DNA of 64,000 nt from an uncultured bacterium (GTDB taxonomy: Bacteria > Chloroflexota > UBA5177 > JANWHV01). Where the stretch lies: contig CAWHAE010000017.1 in NCBI GenBank assembly GCA_963827235.1, positions 160,001-224,000 on the forward strand. Direction: 5' to 3'. The notes under the pieces were generated by a model, which ran no database searches, had not been told where the DNA came from, and was given only the letters and a program-made list of their open reading frames with translations. Every line of letters starts with the position of its first letter. The stretch's first letter is position 1. The translations under genes were made by a program, and so were the position numbers. Shown here one piece after another: positions 9,570 through 19,356 of the stretch.

Positions 9570-11830
9570 ACCACGATCCCCGCGCCAAGTGCCGCTGGCG
9601 TAAACGTGCCGACCGCGCGCCCGTTCACCGAGACAGCGAGCGCTCGCTCGGAGAGCACGACAAGACGGCGCACGGCGGACTCGGCGAAGGCAGCCCGGAT
9701 GGTCACATCCAGCTCATGCTCTGCCAGGCGCACGCTGTCGACCGTACAGCCGTCGATGCCCACGCCCCAGCCGGCGCGCGCGTCGACGAACGCGGCACCG
9801 TAGCGCGACCGAGCAAACACTACCGAGCTGACGGCAGATCCAGTGCCCCAGTGGATGCCGGTACAGGAGCCGTGGACATCGTCGAGGTTGTGAGACCAGT
9901 TCTCGTAGGGGGCCACCGGGAAAGTGGCACGGAGAGCCGCCACGCCGCGCTCGAAGTACTCCCGCGAGCCGGTCTGATCATAGTAGGCGAAGTAAAGATC
10001 GGCCGCGTAGCACTGGCGAGCGTCACTCCACTCGCCGTCCGTATTCTGTGTGCCGAAGCCGCCCAGGAGGTTAGGCGTCATCCAGGGCGGCGACCACGCC
10101 TGCTGGAAGAGCGATAAGTAGTCTACCAACCGCTCCCCGTCCGCCAGCGCCTGCGCATCGCCCGTGGCCCGGTGCAGGAGCAGGAACGCAAGACATGCCT
10201 GCATGAGCGACAGGTTGTTCTGCGGCAGCTGGTCGGTGTGAGCGCAGACGAAATCCACAGGCTTGGGCGAGCAGGAGAAGAAGGTCTCGAAGTCGAACCA
10301 GCGATTGGCCGGCATCACCTCTTTGCGTATGTACGTCATGGCCCTGCAGGCTGCGTCGAGATAGCCGGGCTCCGCCGTGACCGCATTGAGACGGAGCAGG
10401 AAGACAGCGCAGCCTGCCGTCTCGGCATTGTCGTCGTACAGGTAGCGGTGGTTGGGAGTCAGGTCGCCGTCATAATAGGATGGGATGCAGCCGGAGACCA
10501 GCTGGCTGCGCACCAGGAAGTCGCCTAGGGCCCGGCAGCGCGAAAGAATCCGTTTCTCACTGCCTTGCAGCTCGTCGTGCCAGGCCAGAAGCCAGTAACC
10601 TGTCCAGCACATGTCGAAGCTGTGGTACCAGTTTGGCAGGCCCGCCCAGGTGTTATCTTTCTCCCAGTAGAGAGAAGCCTTGGCCGCATCCCAGTATGCT
10701 ACAACGGGAAACGCTCCACCGCGCTGGGGTGCCAGCAGGCACAGGTTCAAGACGCGCCTGGCGCGGGCGGCAAGACCCGTGTCTTCGTGCTCCTTGCCGC
10801 TGCGATACATCGCAAGTGCTGTACGCAAAGACTGGAACCAGTGGTTGAACCAGCCGTCCGGCAATGTCGGATGCCATAGCCGACCGGGCACAAACTCCCG
10901 ATCGCTCGAAAGGTCACCAATTTCCAGACCATCGACGTCCGCCTGCCACCAGCACCGTTCACCGCACTCGTGCCACGCGTGCCGCTCCCACTGATCGAAG
11001 GTGCGGAGCTGCTGCTCTGGATGGGCACGCAACGCCGGGGCAAGATGCTGACGGTAGTAGTAGCGTGCGACCGGGCGATGAAAAGACATCGGCTCCGCCC
11101 GCGCGCTTCCCATCAGGATATAGCCATACACGAGCTCGCAGTTCGAGACTGCCACCGCGGTGCCGGGACGATGCGCGTAGTAGACGTGGCCGCGACTCTG
11201 CCAGTCCAGGAAGCCGTACTCCACGATCGGAAATGCTCCGGCCCGCACGTCGTAGTTGAGTGCGGTCTTGATCCGGCGCTGAGGTGCGGTCTTGAGCAGC
11301 TCGATGTCTGGCAGGAACCCAAATGCGAGCGCATCGTGCTGCAGAATCGCGGCGGGAGCGTGGAAGCGGTGGTCGCCGATCACATCGTCGTCGAGCGGCC
11401 GCAGGTTCGGCGTATACACCAGGTCCAGCGGCCTGATTGCCGCGTACTCCCGGCCGGCCGGGGCAAACAGGTAGCGGCTGCGCAAAGACTCCAGATCGAC
11501 CTGGTCCTCGACGCGCAGGCGCACCTGCACCCGTATGCAGTCGTCGGATGATTGCCATACGACTTGCGCCGGCATGGCCCCGGCGTGCGCGTGCAGCAGG
11601 ACCCGCCCGGCCTGCTCGACCCACCGATCGGGCACGATCGGCACCTCACGCGGGGAGCCCGCGCTCAGCGCCGACAGGAGCAGCGACTGGATGCCGGGGC
11701 GCCCGGGATCCGAGCGCGCTAGACCAATCCACCGTTCGCCGTCGTACGCGGCGAGACATTCCTCTACGCCGCCAGTGACTGCCCGCCATTCGAGACGCAG
11801 GTCACCGGCCTCCAGCCTCAGTGGTTGCAC
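9566..11830 (-). CDS. Uncharacterised (alpha/alpha)6-barrel glycosidase/epimerase-like protein
   Basis: 754 aa, translationally coupled in the operon; helical hairpin pattern (YLDAACRAM, LADGERLVDYL, YFERGVAALRA); acidic motifs WFDFETFFSCS and NTDGEWSDARQ. Confidence 0.7.
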   Translation of the reverse strand: MQPLRLEAGDLRLEWRAVTGGVEECLAAYDGERWIGLARSDPGRPGIQSLLLSALSAGSPREVPIVPDRWVEQAGRVLLHAHAGAMPAQVVWQSSDDCIRVQVRLRVEDQVDLESLRSRYLFAPAGREYAAIRPLDLVYTPNLRPLDDDVIGDHRFHAPAAILQHDALAFGFLPDIELLKTAPQRRIKTALNYDVRAGAFPIVEYGFLDWQSRGHVYYAHRPGTAVAVSNCELVYGYILMGSARAEPMSFHRPVARYYYRQHLAPALRAHPEQQLRTFDQWERHAWHECGERCWWQADVDGLEIGDLSSDREFVPGRLWHPTLPDGWFNHWFQSLRTALAMYRSGKEHEDTGLAARARRVLNLCLLAPQRGGAFPVVAYWDAAKASLYWEKDNTWAGLPNWYHSFDMCWTGYWLLAWHDELQGSEKRILSRCRALGDFLVRSQLVSGCIPSYYDGDLTPNHRYLYDDNAETAGCAVFLLRLNAVTAEPGYLDAACRAMTYIRKEVMPANRWFDFETFFSCSPKPVDFVCAHTDQLPQNNLSLMQACLAFLLLHRATGDAQALADGERLVDYLSLFQQAWSPPWMTPNLLGGFGTQNTDGEWSDARQCYAADLYFAYYDQTGSREYFERGVAALRATFPVAPYENWSHNLDDVHGSCTGIHWGTGSAVSSVVFARSRYGAAFVDARAGWGVGIDGCTVDSVRLAEHELDVTIRAAFAESAVRRLVVLSERALAVSVNGRAVGTFTPAALGAGIVV

Positions 11831-11839
11831 GAGGCTCCC

Positions 11840-12772
11840 TCACTCCTTCACCGCTCCGGCGGCCAGGCCCCGGACTATATGGCGGTCGGCAAACACGATC
11901 AACAGTATGGGGATGATGCAGCTCAGCACGCAAACGCACATGAGCTGCCCCCATTGTGGGCTCTGGGAGACCGCCCCAAGGTACGTGTTCAACCCGATAG
12001 TGATCGTGTAGTTGCTCGGATCACTGAGAAGGATCAGCGGGTTGAGGAAGTCGTTCCAGGACTGGAGAAAGACGAGGATCACCACGCTCACTATGCCGGG
12101 TCGAATCAGCGGGACAATCACCCGCCACAAGGTTTGCAGGTTCCCAGCCCCATCGATGCTGGCCGCGTCATCCAGCTCGGTTGGTATCTGCGCAACGAAG
12201 CTGGCGAGGATCCAGGTGGCGAATGCCGTGCCCGGGATGGCCTCGGCGAGCGAGACGCCTGGGAACGTATTGACCAACCCCAGGCTGCGGATTACAAGGT
12301 ACAGGGGAATGATCATGATGATACCACCGACCACCTGGGCGACGCGGACCCATCCGGAGAGCACCGTCGTCCACCAGAAGTGGTGCCTTGCCAGTGCAAA
12401 GGCTGCTGGAACCGATATAGCGAGCGTGATCACCACGGTCATGGTGGCAATCGTCACGCTGTTACGCACGTTGGTTGGATAGCTCGTCTGAACCAAGTTG
12501 TTCCCGAGCAACGCGTAACGGTAGTTCTCCATCGTGGGGTACTTGGGCCAGATAGAGGGAAAGCCTGTGAGTATCTCGGATAGCGACTTGAATGACCCGG
12601 AAACCATATAGACGAACGGGAACAGCGCGAAGGCCGCAAAGAAGACCATCCCCACGGCCACGATAATCCCGTCGAGCAACGTCAAGGGCTTGATCCGCCT
12701 GTGCCATGGGCGGCCCGACGCAAGGCGCACCTCTGGGTCCAGGCTCCCGGTGTCGGCAGCGCGATGTATCAT
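11840..12772 (-). CDS. Carbohydrate ABC transporter permease (MalG-like)
   Basis: EAA loop IPTELDDAASIDGAG, SWNDFL, GLAAGAVKE end. Confidence 0.95.
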   Translation of the reverse strand: MIHRAADTGSLDPEVRLASGRPWHRRIKPLTLLDGIIVAVGMVFFAAFALFPFVYMVSGSFKSLSEILTGFPSIWPKYPTMENYRYALLGNNLVQTSYPTNVRNSVTIATMTVVITLAISVPAAFALARHHFWWTTVLSGWVRVAQVVGGIIMIIPLYLVIRSLGLVNTFPGVSLAEAIPGTAFATWILASFVAQIPTELDDAASIDGAGNLQTLWRVIVPLIRPGIVSVVILVFLQSWNDFLNPLILLSDPSNYTITIGLNTYLGAVSQSPQWGQLMCVCVLSCIIPILLIVFADRHIVRGLAAGAVKE

Positions 12773-12780
12773 GCTCCCGC

Positions 12781-13686
12781 CTACGACGCTTTGCGGCTGA
12801 TATATCGAGACAGAAAGAAGGCGACCAAGATCGGCACAAGTAGCATGTCACCCACGGCTGCAGCCCGGCCCAGCAAGCCGCTGGAGAGATCGAAGTAGGC
12901 GTAGATCGTGGGAATCATGAACAGCGCACCCGCGGTGTTGCCTCCAGCCCCAGACCCGCTCAAGGCGTAGTAGGCGTCAAAGGCCAACAACTGCCCGGCG
13001 AACGACAGCGGGATGATCGCCGCCAGCATTACTCTGGTGCCGGGCAGGGTGACGAACCAGAAGCGACCAAACCGCCCGGCCCCGTCAATTGCCACCGCTT
13101 CGTAGAGATCCGCGGGAATGCCCTGCAAGGCTGCCAGGATGAGCAGGGTAACAAAGGGCAGGCCAAGCCAAACACCGACAAGTGCGATCCAGAAGACCCC
13201 CCACTGTGGATCTGTAGGCAGATACTGCGCGCTGGACTCTAGATGCAGCCTCAGCAAGAGCCCGTTCATCGCCCCCGAGCTGGGGTCGTACAGATACCTC
13301 CATATTTGTCCCCCTACCAAAGGCGGAATGGCCATCGGCAGGAGCACAACCGTGCGGAGCACACGCCGAAGCGGAATTCGGCGATTGAGCAATAGCGCAA
13401 GCAGATAGCCGAGCACGTAGGTGATAGCGACGACGAAGGCGCCCACCAGCATGATACGCCTCAGGCCATCCGTGAAATCGGAATCCTCCCAGATGCGCTC
13501 GAAGTTGCTGGAACCCATGAATCGCAACGGAACGTTACCAAACGTACCGCCAATGCGGTAGTTGGTCAGCCCCATGTAAATGCTCTCGCCGATCGGATAC
13601 AGGCTCAGTCCTGCGGCCAGCAGCGTAATCGGGACCACCAACAAGATGGCCTGACGCTGCCGGCCGCGAGGAATGACACGCAGCAT
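12781..13686 (-). CDS. Carbohydrate ABC transporter permease (MalF-like)
   Basis: LQGIPADLYEAVAIDGAG...FWFVTLP; multiple TM helices. Confidence 0.95.
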   Translation of the reverse strand: MLRVIPRGRQRQAILLVVPITLLAAGLSLYPIGESIYMGLTNYRIGGTFGNVPLRFMGSSNFERIWEDSDFTDGLRRIMLVGAFVVAITYVLGYLLALLLNRRIPLRRVLRTVVLLPMAIPPLVGGQIWRYLYDPSSGAMNGLLLRLHLESSAQYLPTDPQWGVFWIALVGVWLGLPFVTLLILAALQGIPADLYEAVAIDGAGRFGRFWFVTLPGTRVMLAAIIPLSFAGQLLAFDAYYALSGSGAGGNTAGALFMIPTIYAYFDLSSGLLGRAAAVGDMLLVPILVAFFLSRYISRKAS

Positions 13687-13782
13687 GCAACCTCCTAAAG
13701 CACACCCTGGCCGGGATTTAGGGGCCGCGGTTCATGCACCGAGGCTGGGCCCGTTTGGCCCGCTGTGCCTTGAGCCAAGAGC

Positions 13783-15135
13783 CTAATAGTTGCCGGCGGC
13801 GGTCTGCACGAAGTCGGTGCCGCTTGAGTTGACCTTGGCGACGAACTGATCGTAGGTCATCTTGCCCTGGAACACGGAGTACATCGCCGGATCCCAGTCC
13901 TTTGCTAGCATGGCAAGCCAGCCCGGGCAGAAGGGTTGTCCACCCAGATCCGGAGCCTCGCTGAGAGCGAAGTCCCAGTAATCTGTCGTGCCGACGGCCT
14001 GTTGCACCATCTGCACCGCGATACTGTTGGGCGGGATCTGGTCGGATGCCTCGCACATGGCGGCGATGTTCTCGGGCCTGCCCCACCAGGCGAGAAATTC
14101 GGCCGCTGCCTCCTTGTTCTTGGCACTGGCGGGAATGCTGAGCGTCTGCGCGGCACCGGATCCCAAGTTGCCGACCTTGCCCTTGACCATGGGCATTGCA
14201 GCCCAGTTGACGTATTGCTTGCTGCCAACTGCCGGGAACTGAGACCGCTCCCAGGCCCCGATGATCAGCATGGCGGCCTTGCCGGACAGGAAGTTGCTGA
14301 AGGGATCCGCGTTCAGCGTGCCAATGTCTGCAATCTTATCGTGAAAGAGGCCTGCCACGAACTCGATCGCTGCCTTGTCCCCGGCGTCGCTGGCATCAAT
14401 CTTGTAGTTGCCCTGACTAAAATGAATCGGATTGGCGCCGGCCTGCCAGCCTAGACCGCTCTTGAAGAAGAGCTGTGACGAGCTCCACGCGGCGACGATG
14501 CCGTAGACGCCTTTGCTGGGGTTACTCAGCTTTTGAGCATTGGTCCGCAGCTGATCCCACGTCCAGGGGTTGCTGAGGGTGGCAGGTTGGATACCGGCCT
14601 TCTGGAGCATGTCGACGTTGTAGTAGATGAGCGGCGTCTCCGTCTCATACGGCAGGCCGATCACCGCGCCTTGGCGGGTGGTGAGGGCTGAGAGGGTGCC
14701 CGGCTTGACGCCGTTCCAGGTGCTCGCCGGTAGCAGCTTCTTCAGGTCGGTAAGGAGACCGTTCTGGCCCCAAGGCACCAAGCCGGCGTCGTAATACTGG
14801 AAGACGTCGGGCACGTCGCCGCTCGAGAACGCCACGGTCATCTGGTTGGCGATCGTGCTCCAGCTGCTCTGCACGTACTGCAGTTGGACGGACGTGCTCT
14901 GGTTGTTGAACTGAGCGACCAATTGTTGATTCTTCTTGATCTCGGTACCCAGCCAGTAGAGGCCGTAGTATCGGATCGTCGTTTTCGCGAGCAGCGGGCT
15001 GCCGAGGCGTTCGGCCATCGCGCCCCGCTTGCCCAAAGCCATCGCGCCGCCCACGCCCAGGGCCGCCGCGCCCGCGTCGCGCAAGAATCCTTTGCGGCTG
15101 AGCATCGTGCTATCCTGCCCCTGATCGCCTGACAT
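13783..15135 (-). CDS. Sugar ABC transporter substrate-binding protein with a Tat-like signal
   Basis: AGGAGG RBS before ATG 15135; SRKGFL Tat-like motif and hydrophobic stretch; GDVPDVF, IYYNVDML, WTWDQL, FLSGKAAM. Confidence 0.92.
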   Translation of the reverse strand: MSGDQGQDSTMLSRKGFLRDAGAAALGVGGAMALGKRGAMAERLGSPLLAKTTIRYYGLYWLGTEIKKNQQLVAQFNNQSTSVQLQYVQSSWSTIANQMTVAFSSGDVPDVFQYYDAGLVPWGQNGLLTDLKKLLPASTWNGVKPGTLSALTTRQGAVIGLPYETETPLIYYNVDMLQKAGIQPATLSNPWTWDQLRTNAQKLSNPSKGVYGIVAAWSSSQLFFKSGLGWQAGANPIHFSQGNYKIDASDAGDKAAIEFVAGLFHDKIADIGTLNADPFSNFLSGKAAMLIIGAWERSQFPAVGSKQYVNWAAMPMVKGKVGNLGSGAAQTLSIPASAKNKEAAAEFLAWWGRPENIAAMCEASDQIPPNSIAVQMVQQAVGTTDYWDFALSEAPDLGGQPFCPGWLAMLAKDWDPAMYSVFQGKMTYDQFVAKVNSSGTDFVQTAAGNY

Positions 15136-15308
15136 TACCAACACCCTCCTCGTGCTCGGCAGCGCCGCTCCTTGGCGAACCGGCGCTGCAGTGTCGGCCC
15201 CGCGACGGCCCCTCCAGGCAGGCCGCCATATCATGCCACGTACTATAAAGGACAATCAGGTATGGAAGTTGACTTCTTGGCAAGCGTGTCTTGTCCTTTT
15301 GGTGGGAT

Positions 15309-16823
15309 CTAGCGTCCCGGGCGGGTTCGCATCTTGCGAGCGAAGTGGGCCGGTGTGTTGCCGGTACGGCGCTTGAATAGCCTCCAGAAATAGCTGGGAC
15401 TGTAGCCGAGAGCCATGCACACATCGGATGGTGACATGCCGGTGAATGCCAGGTATTCCTTGGCACGCTCGACACGAAGAGCGATGAGAAAATCGCTGGG
15501 CGCTTGGCCCGTTTGCGCGGCGAAGAGCTCGGCGAGGTAGTGTGGGCTGAGCGACACGGCATGAGCGACCTCTGGCACGCCGATCGGTTCTTCCAAGTGG
15601 AGCTGCATGAACTCGATGGCGCAGCTCACGATTCTCTTCTGCTGCTCCGCACGGCCTTCCAGATCGACGTGCGCGCCGTCCAGCCGGTAGACGAGGTTGG
15701 CTATGGGATTGGCGCTGAGGCCCATGAGCGTAGCGAGGCCGTCGAGCTGCTCACCGGTAAGCTGGGGCGATCGGCGGACGGCGGCACGGTACGTGGGCCA
15801 CGGAATGCCTGTACGCGCTGCAAACGCGTGGTGCCAGTGCCAGTCAAAGCCGTCACGGACGACGGCGAGGTCCGAAATCATCTCGCCCAGCACTCTGCCA
15901 CCGACGACGATCGGCGCGACAGCATGGGCCAGGGAACCGTGAAAGGTTCTGCGCACGTAGGGCTCCTGGTTGCCGCATGCTGTGCCATGGTCGTCCATCA
16001 CGTTAAAGGCATCCCAGCCCAAAGCTTCGCCGAGCAAGAACCACAGCTCGGGCTCGCCCTCATAGGAGCGGCGCTGCGCCTGCCAGGAATGTTCGTAACG
16101 CTCCTGGTCAAGGTAAAACTCCATGAGAGGCAAGCTGACCGAGAGACGGGTGAGCTTGCGCACGCTGGCCGAGAGATCCCAGACCACCTGAGGCGAGATC
16201 AGGTGAAACAGCTCCGGGACTGGAGCAGACGTGAGATATGCCGCCGGTCGTCGCCGCGAGTGATCGCGATGGTACACCGCGAGGCGCGCCAGCGAGGTGA
16301 ACTGGTCGAAGCCGCCCGGCAGGCCGATGATACGCATCTCTCTCGCGCAGACGGGCTCAAACGTCAGCTCGTGGGTCTGAAAGGGCCTCCGCCGGCCCCT
16401 GCTGTCGCCAAACGAGTAGCACGGAGTGACGTTCAGCCTCTGCACGGGCTGCCACGCCTCGCCCTCCGCACTGCGCACCTCGACCGATAGGGTGGTCCAC
16501 CAGCCGCCATTTCTGTAGGCAAAGCCCATTGTCATCTCGACGCAATTCGCCGTGACCGGCTCGGGGAAGGAGAGAGCATACCAGTCGGGTCCGCACGCCT
16601 TGTTCTGCCCATCATACGTGTCGAACGTGTGGCGCTTGTCAAAGTCGGCAAACGGATGCCCGTCGAGCTGGTGCGCTGTGTCGTTGAGCAGCACGCTGGG
16701 ATCTCTGGCGGCGCCTCCGGTTGGGTGCGAAGCAGACACGGTTATGCTTACTCCTGGCAGCAGCGCCAGGTTGTCTTCGGCGGCCGGGGGCGGGCAGATA
16801 GATGATGAATTGGACCTCGCCAT
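15309..16823 (-). CDS. AraC-family regulator with N-terminal discoidin/F5-8-like and PocR-like domains
   Basis: C-terminal AraC HTHs (VSLSPHYL.ELF, RVERAKEYL, LGYSPSYFWRLFKRRTGNTP); PocR-like HAVAPIVVGGRVLG; beta-sandwich DWYALSF...F.PVCAREMRIIG. Confidence 0.85.
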   Translation of the reverse strand: MARSNSSSICPPPAAEDNLALLPGVSITVSASHPTGGAARDPSVLLNDTAHQLDGHPFADFDKRHTFDTYDGQNKACGPDWYALSFPEPVTANCVEMTMGFAYRNGGWWTTLSVEVRSAEGEAWQPVQRLNVTPCYSFGDSRGRRRPFQTHELTFEPVCAREMRIIGLPGGFDQFTSLARLAVYHRDHSRRRPAAYLTSAPVPELFHLISPQVVWDLSASVRKLTRLSVSLPLMEFYLDQERYEHSWQAQRRSYEGEPELWFLLGEALGWDAFNVMDDHGTACGNQEPYVRRTFHGSLAHAVAPIVVGGRVLGEMISDLAVVRDGFDWHWHHAFAARTGIPWPTYRAAVRRSPQLTGEQLDGLATLMGLSANPIANLVYRLDGAHVDLEGRAEQQKRIVSCAIEFMQLHLEEPIGVPEVAHAVSLSPHYLAELFAAQTGQAPSDFLIALRVERAKEYLAFTGMSPSDVCMALGYSPSYFWRLFKRRTGNTPAHFARKMRTRPGR

Positions 16824-16910
16824 GAATCGCATGCCCTCCGCGTGGTCAGCGGAACAGGTCTTGTGCAAGTGCAGGGCAGTGTTGATCGTACTCTGGAGCT
16901 TCGGGGACGA

Positions 16911-17849
16911 CTATTGATAGGCGCCGGCGCTAGCGATGAACGCCGCCAATTGTGATCGGGTTGGATACGATGGAATGGTGCCGAGCGCTGTTGTGGAATA
17001 GGCGCCAGCGGCGCAGGCGAATCCCACTGCGTCTTCCAGAGCGGCGCCTTCTGCCAGGCTCACGGCCAGCGCGGCGCTGAACGCATCGCCCGCGCCCGTC
17101 GTGTCGACGGGGTCGACGCGAATGGCCGGCACGGCGCGAGTCCCCCCGGCGCCCGAGATGTGCGCGCCCCGTGCTCCGAGAGTCAACACTACAGTCGGTA
17201 CACCACTTTGGCGCAGGGCGCTGCTCAGGACCACGGCATCGCTCGATGCCAGCCCGCTCATCACCTGGGCTTCCCAGAGATTTGGCGTCAACATGTCTAT
17301 ATGTTCCAGGCTGCCCACCGGCAGCAACTGGGCGGGTGCTGGGTTGAGAATGGTGCGCACGCCGTGGCGCCGGGCGACCGCGAGAGCGTAGACGGCGGTC
17401 TCAGGCGGTATCTCCAACTGGGACAGCACGACATCCGCCCTGGCGATCAGGTCTTCAGCCCGATCGACATCCTCAGGCGATAGCGCGTTATTCGCTCCTA
17501 GGTCCACGACGATGGCGTTGTTTCCATTGTCGTCCACGATAATGAACCCGGCGCCGGTGGCGACGTTCGGGGCTCGCCGAACATGTGAAGAATTCACGCC
17601 CTCGGCCGCATAGAGCGCCAGCGCTCGGTTCCCGTACGGATCATCGCCGACGGCTGCGACAAACGCCACCTGTGCCCCAAGTCGCGCGCAGGCAACAGCC
17701 TGGTTCGATCCCTTGCCGCCATCCATCACCTGGAAATCCCGCCCGAGCACTGTCGCCCCCGGCGCGGGAATCTGCGCGGTCCGCATCACCAATCCGACCG
17801 CGTACGAGCCTACCACGACAACTCGAGGAGCGCGTCCACCTGCCACCAT
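16911..17849 (-). CDS. rbsK: Ribokinase (PfkB family)
   Basis: GGKGSNQAVACARLG, VGDD, ILNPAPA, DTTGAGDAF. Confidence 0.9.
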   Translation of the reverse strand: MVAGGRAPRVVVVGSYAVGLVMRTAQIPAPGATVLGRDFQVMDGGKGSNQAVACARLGAQVAFVAAVGDDPYGNRALALYAAEGVNSSHVRRAPNVATGAGFIIVDDNGNNAIVVDLGANNALSPEDVDRAEDLIARADVVLSQLEIPPETAVYALAVARRHGVRTILNPAPAQLLPVGSLEHIDMLTPNLWEAQVMSGLASSDAVVLSSALRQSGVPTVVLTLGARGAHISGAGGTRAVPAIRVDPVDTTGAGDAFSAALAVSLAEGAALEDAVGFACAAGAYSTTALGTIPSYPTRSQLAAFIASAGAYQ

Positions 17850-17900
17850 GCGCCGCCTTCCCTTCGACGTTAGCGCGTCAAATGTGGAAACTCACAGGCT

Positions 17901-19235
17901 TCAGGCCGAAGATGAATGCCATGCGAGGGCTTGCGCGCGCGCGACCAAGCGCTCCGCCGCGGCCTGCACGTCGGCCACCTCCTCGACGGTCGCGCTGGCG
18001 ACCGTGCTCTCCACGAGTTCCCCGCAACGATCGTGTATGCGTTCGATCGCTCCCGGGGGCTCCTGGCGAACCTCGATCAGCCTCGTGAGCCAGTGCTTAC
18101 CATATGCCGCGTGAATGCCTTCGTCGGCCCAGTCGAAATCCATATCGTGCTGGCTGATGGTGTCACCGAAGCTGCCGAATGTCGCTGCGCGCTTGGGCTT
18201 CTTGCCGATATTCTTCGTCTCGAAGAAGTGCAGCATGCCAAGCCGATAGATAGGATCCTGGTCTCGTGTGCTCTCGTAGAGGTACGAGCCTACCGGCAGC
18301 AAGTCCGGCGTGAAACCCCAGTCGCAGAGACGCCTCCAGCCCATCATGGCATGGCGGCTCTCGTCGTAGAGCCAGCGAGCCGCATCCACGACGAACTCCC
18401 ATCCCAGATCGCCAGCGAAAGCTCCCAGGATCGCTCCCGCATTTTCCACTGCCCAGACTTCGTTCAAGTGGCTCACGGCGCTCCGCAGCTGAAGGCGGAT
18501 GCCTTCGCCGTAGGGATAGTTCGGATCGACGTTGTCGGGCCAGTAAAAGCGCCCGAGGTGAAAGCGCGGGTCGCGCGCAGGAACCTGGACCAGCGCGAAT
18601 GGCTTCCTGCCCGGCAATGGCGCCACCTCTACGGGTGCCGGGGCGTCGAGCCCAGCACCGCCTACGGCCGACATGCGGGCGGCGATCGCGTCGCGCCAGG
18701 CCTCGGCCGTGCCACGTTGCGCAGGGTACTCGCGAAGCATGGCATCGACAAGGGGCACCAGTTGGGCACTTTGCCGCTCTTTCTCACGCAGTGCCACCTC
18801 GAGGAAACGCCTGGACGGACCGTCGCCCAGGTCGTCGGCGACTGCGAGATAGGCGGCGTAGGCATCGCGGAGCGCGGGAATGAGCACGCTGGACACGGCG
18901 ACGAGGAACGCCCCGGCCGACGGCGCGTGCCGCGCCTCTTCGAAGATCGAGACGAGTGGTGCGTCGTCGCCGATCTCCATCAGCCGACTGGGATAGCGCA
19001 GCTCGAACACGCGCTGGCGGAGCTCATTGGCTGCCAGCGCATTCTCCCAGACGAATCGCGGCAGGAGCATCTTGATATCGTGCGCCGCGACGCCGGCCAG
19101 CCATCCCGCCAGGCCGCGAATCAATGCTTCCTCACAGAAGAAGAAGCGCTTGAGAATGCTGCCGGTATCGAGGCGCATGAGCCTGCCGCGGGTGCCTTGG
19201 CTGCGCAAATAGGCGGGACTTGCCGGGGTAAACAT
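17901..19235 (-). CDS. DUF455-like protein with two ferritin-like domains, candidate diiron enzyme
   Basis: C-terminal ligand pattern NEVWAVE / DESRH / FETK / DEGIH; degenerate N-terminal bundle; start uncertain (19235 or 19179). Confidence 0.78.
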   Translation of the reverse strand: MFTPASPAYLRSQGTRGRLMRLDTGSILKRFFFCEEALIRGLAGWLAGVAAHDIKMLLPRFVWENALAANELRQRVFELRYPSRLMEIGDDAPLVSIFEEARHAPSAGAFLVAVSSVLIPALRDAYAAYLAVADDLGDGPSRRFLEVALREKERQSAQLVPLVDAMLREYPAQRGTAEAWRDAIAARMSAVGGAGLDAPAPVEVAPLPGRKPFALVQVPARDPRFHLGRFYWPDNVDPNYPYGEGIRLQLRSAVSHLNEVWAVENAGAILGAFAGDLGWEFVVDAARWLYDESRHAMMGWRRLCDWGFTPDLLPVGSYLYESTRDQDPIYRLGMLHFFETKNIGKKPKRAATFGSFGDTISQHDMDFDWADEGIHAAYGKHWLTRLIEVRQEPPGAIERIHDRCGELVESTVASATVEEVADVQAAAERLVARAQALAWHSSSA

Positions 19236-19291
19236 CTGCGATCTCCCCAACCTGCCTCGGTTGCTCAGGCAGTTCCAATGATACACTCCAA

Positions 19292-19309
19292 CTATCGTAC
19301 GTATGATAG
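19292..19309. promoter_or_regulatory. Palindromic operator (candidate HutC/GntR site)
   Basis: CTATCGTAC-GTATGATAG, one mismatch from a perfect palindrome; related copies at 22213 and 23916. Confidence 0.6.
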
Positions 19310-19356
19310 GACAACGCGCCGTACCGGACTCGCCGTGCCGGGAAGCAACCGAGTGA

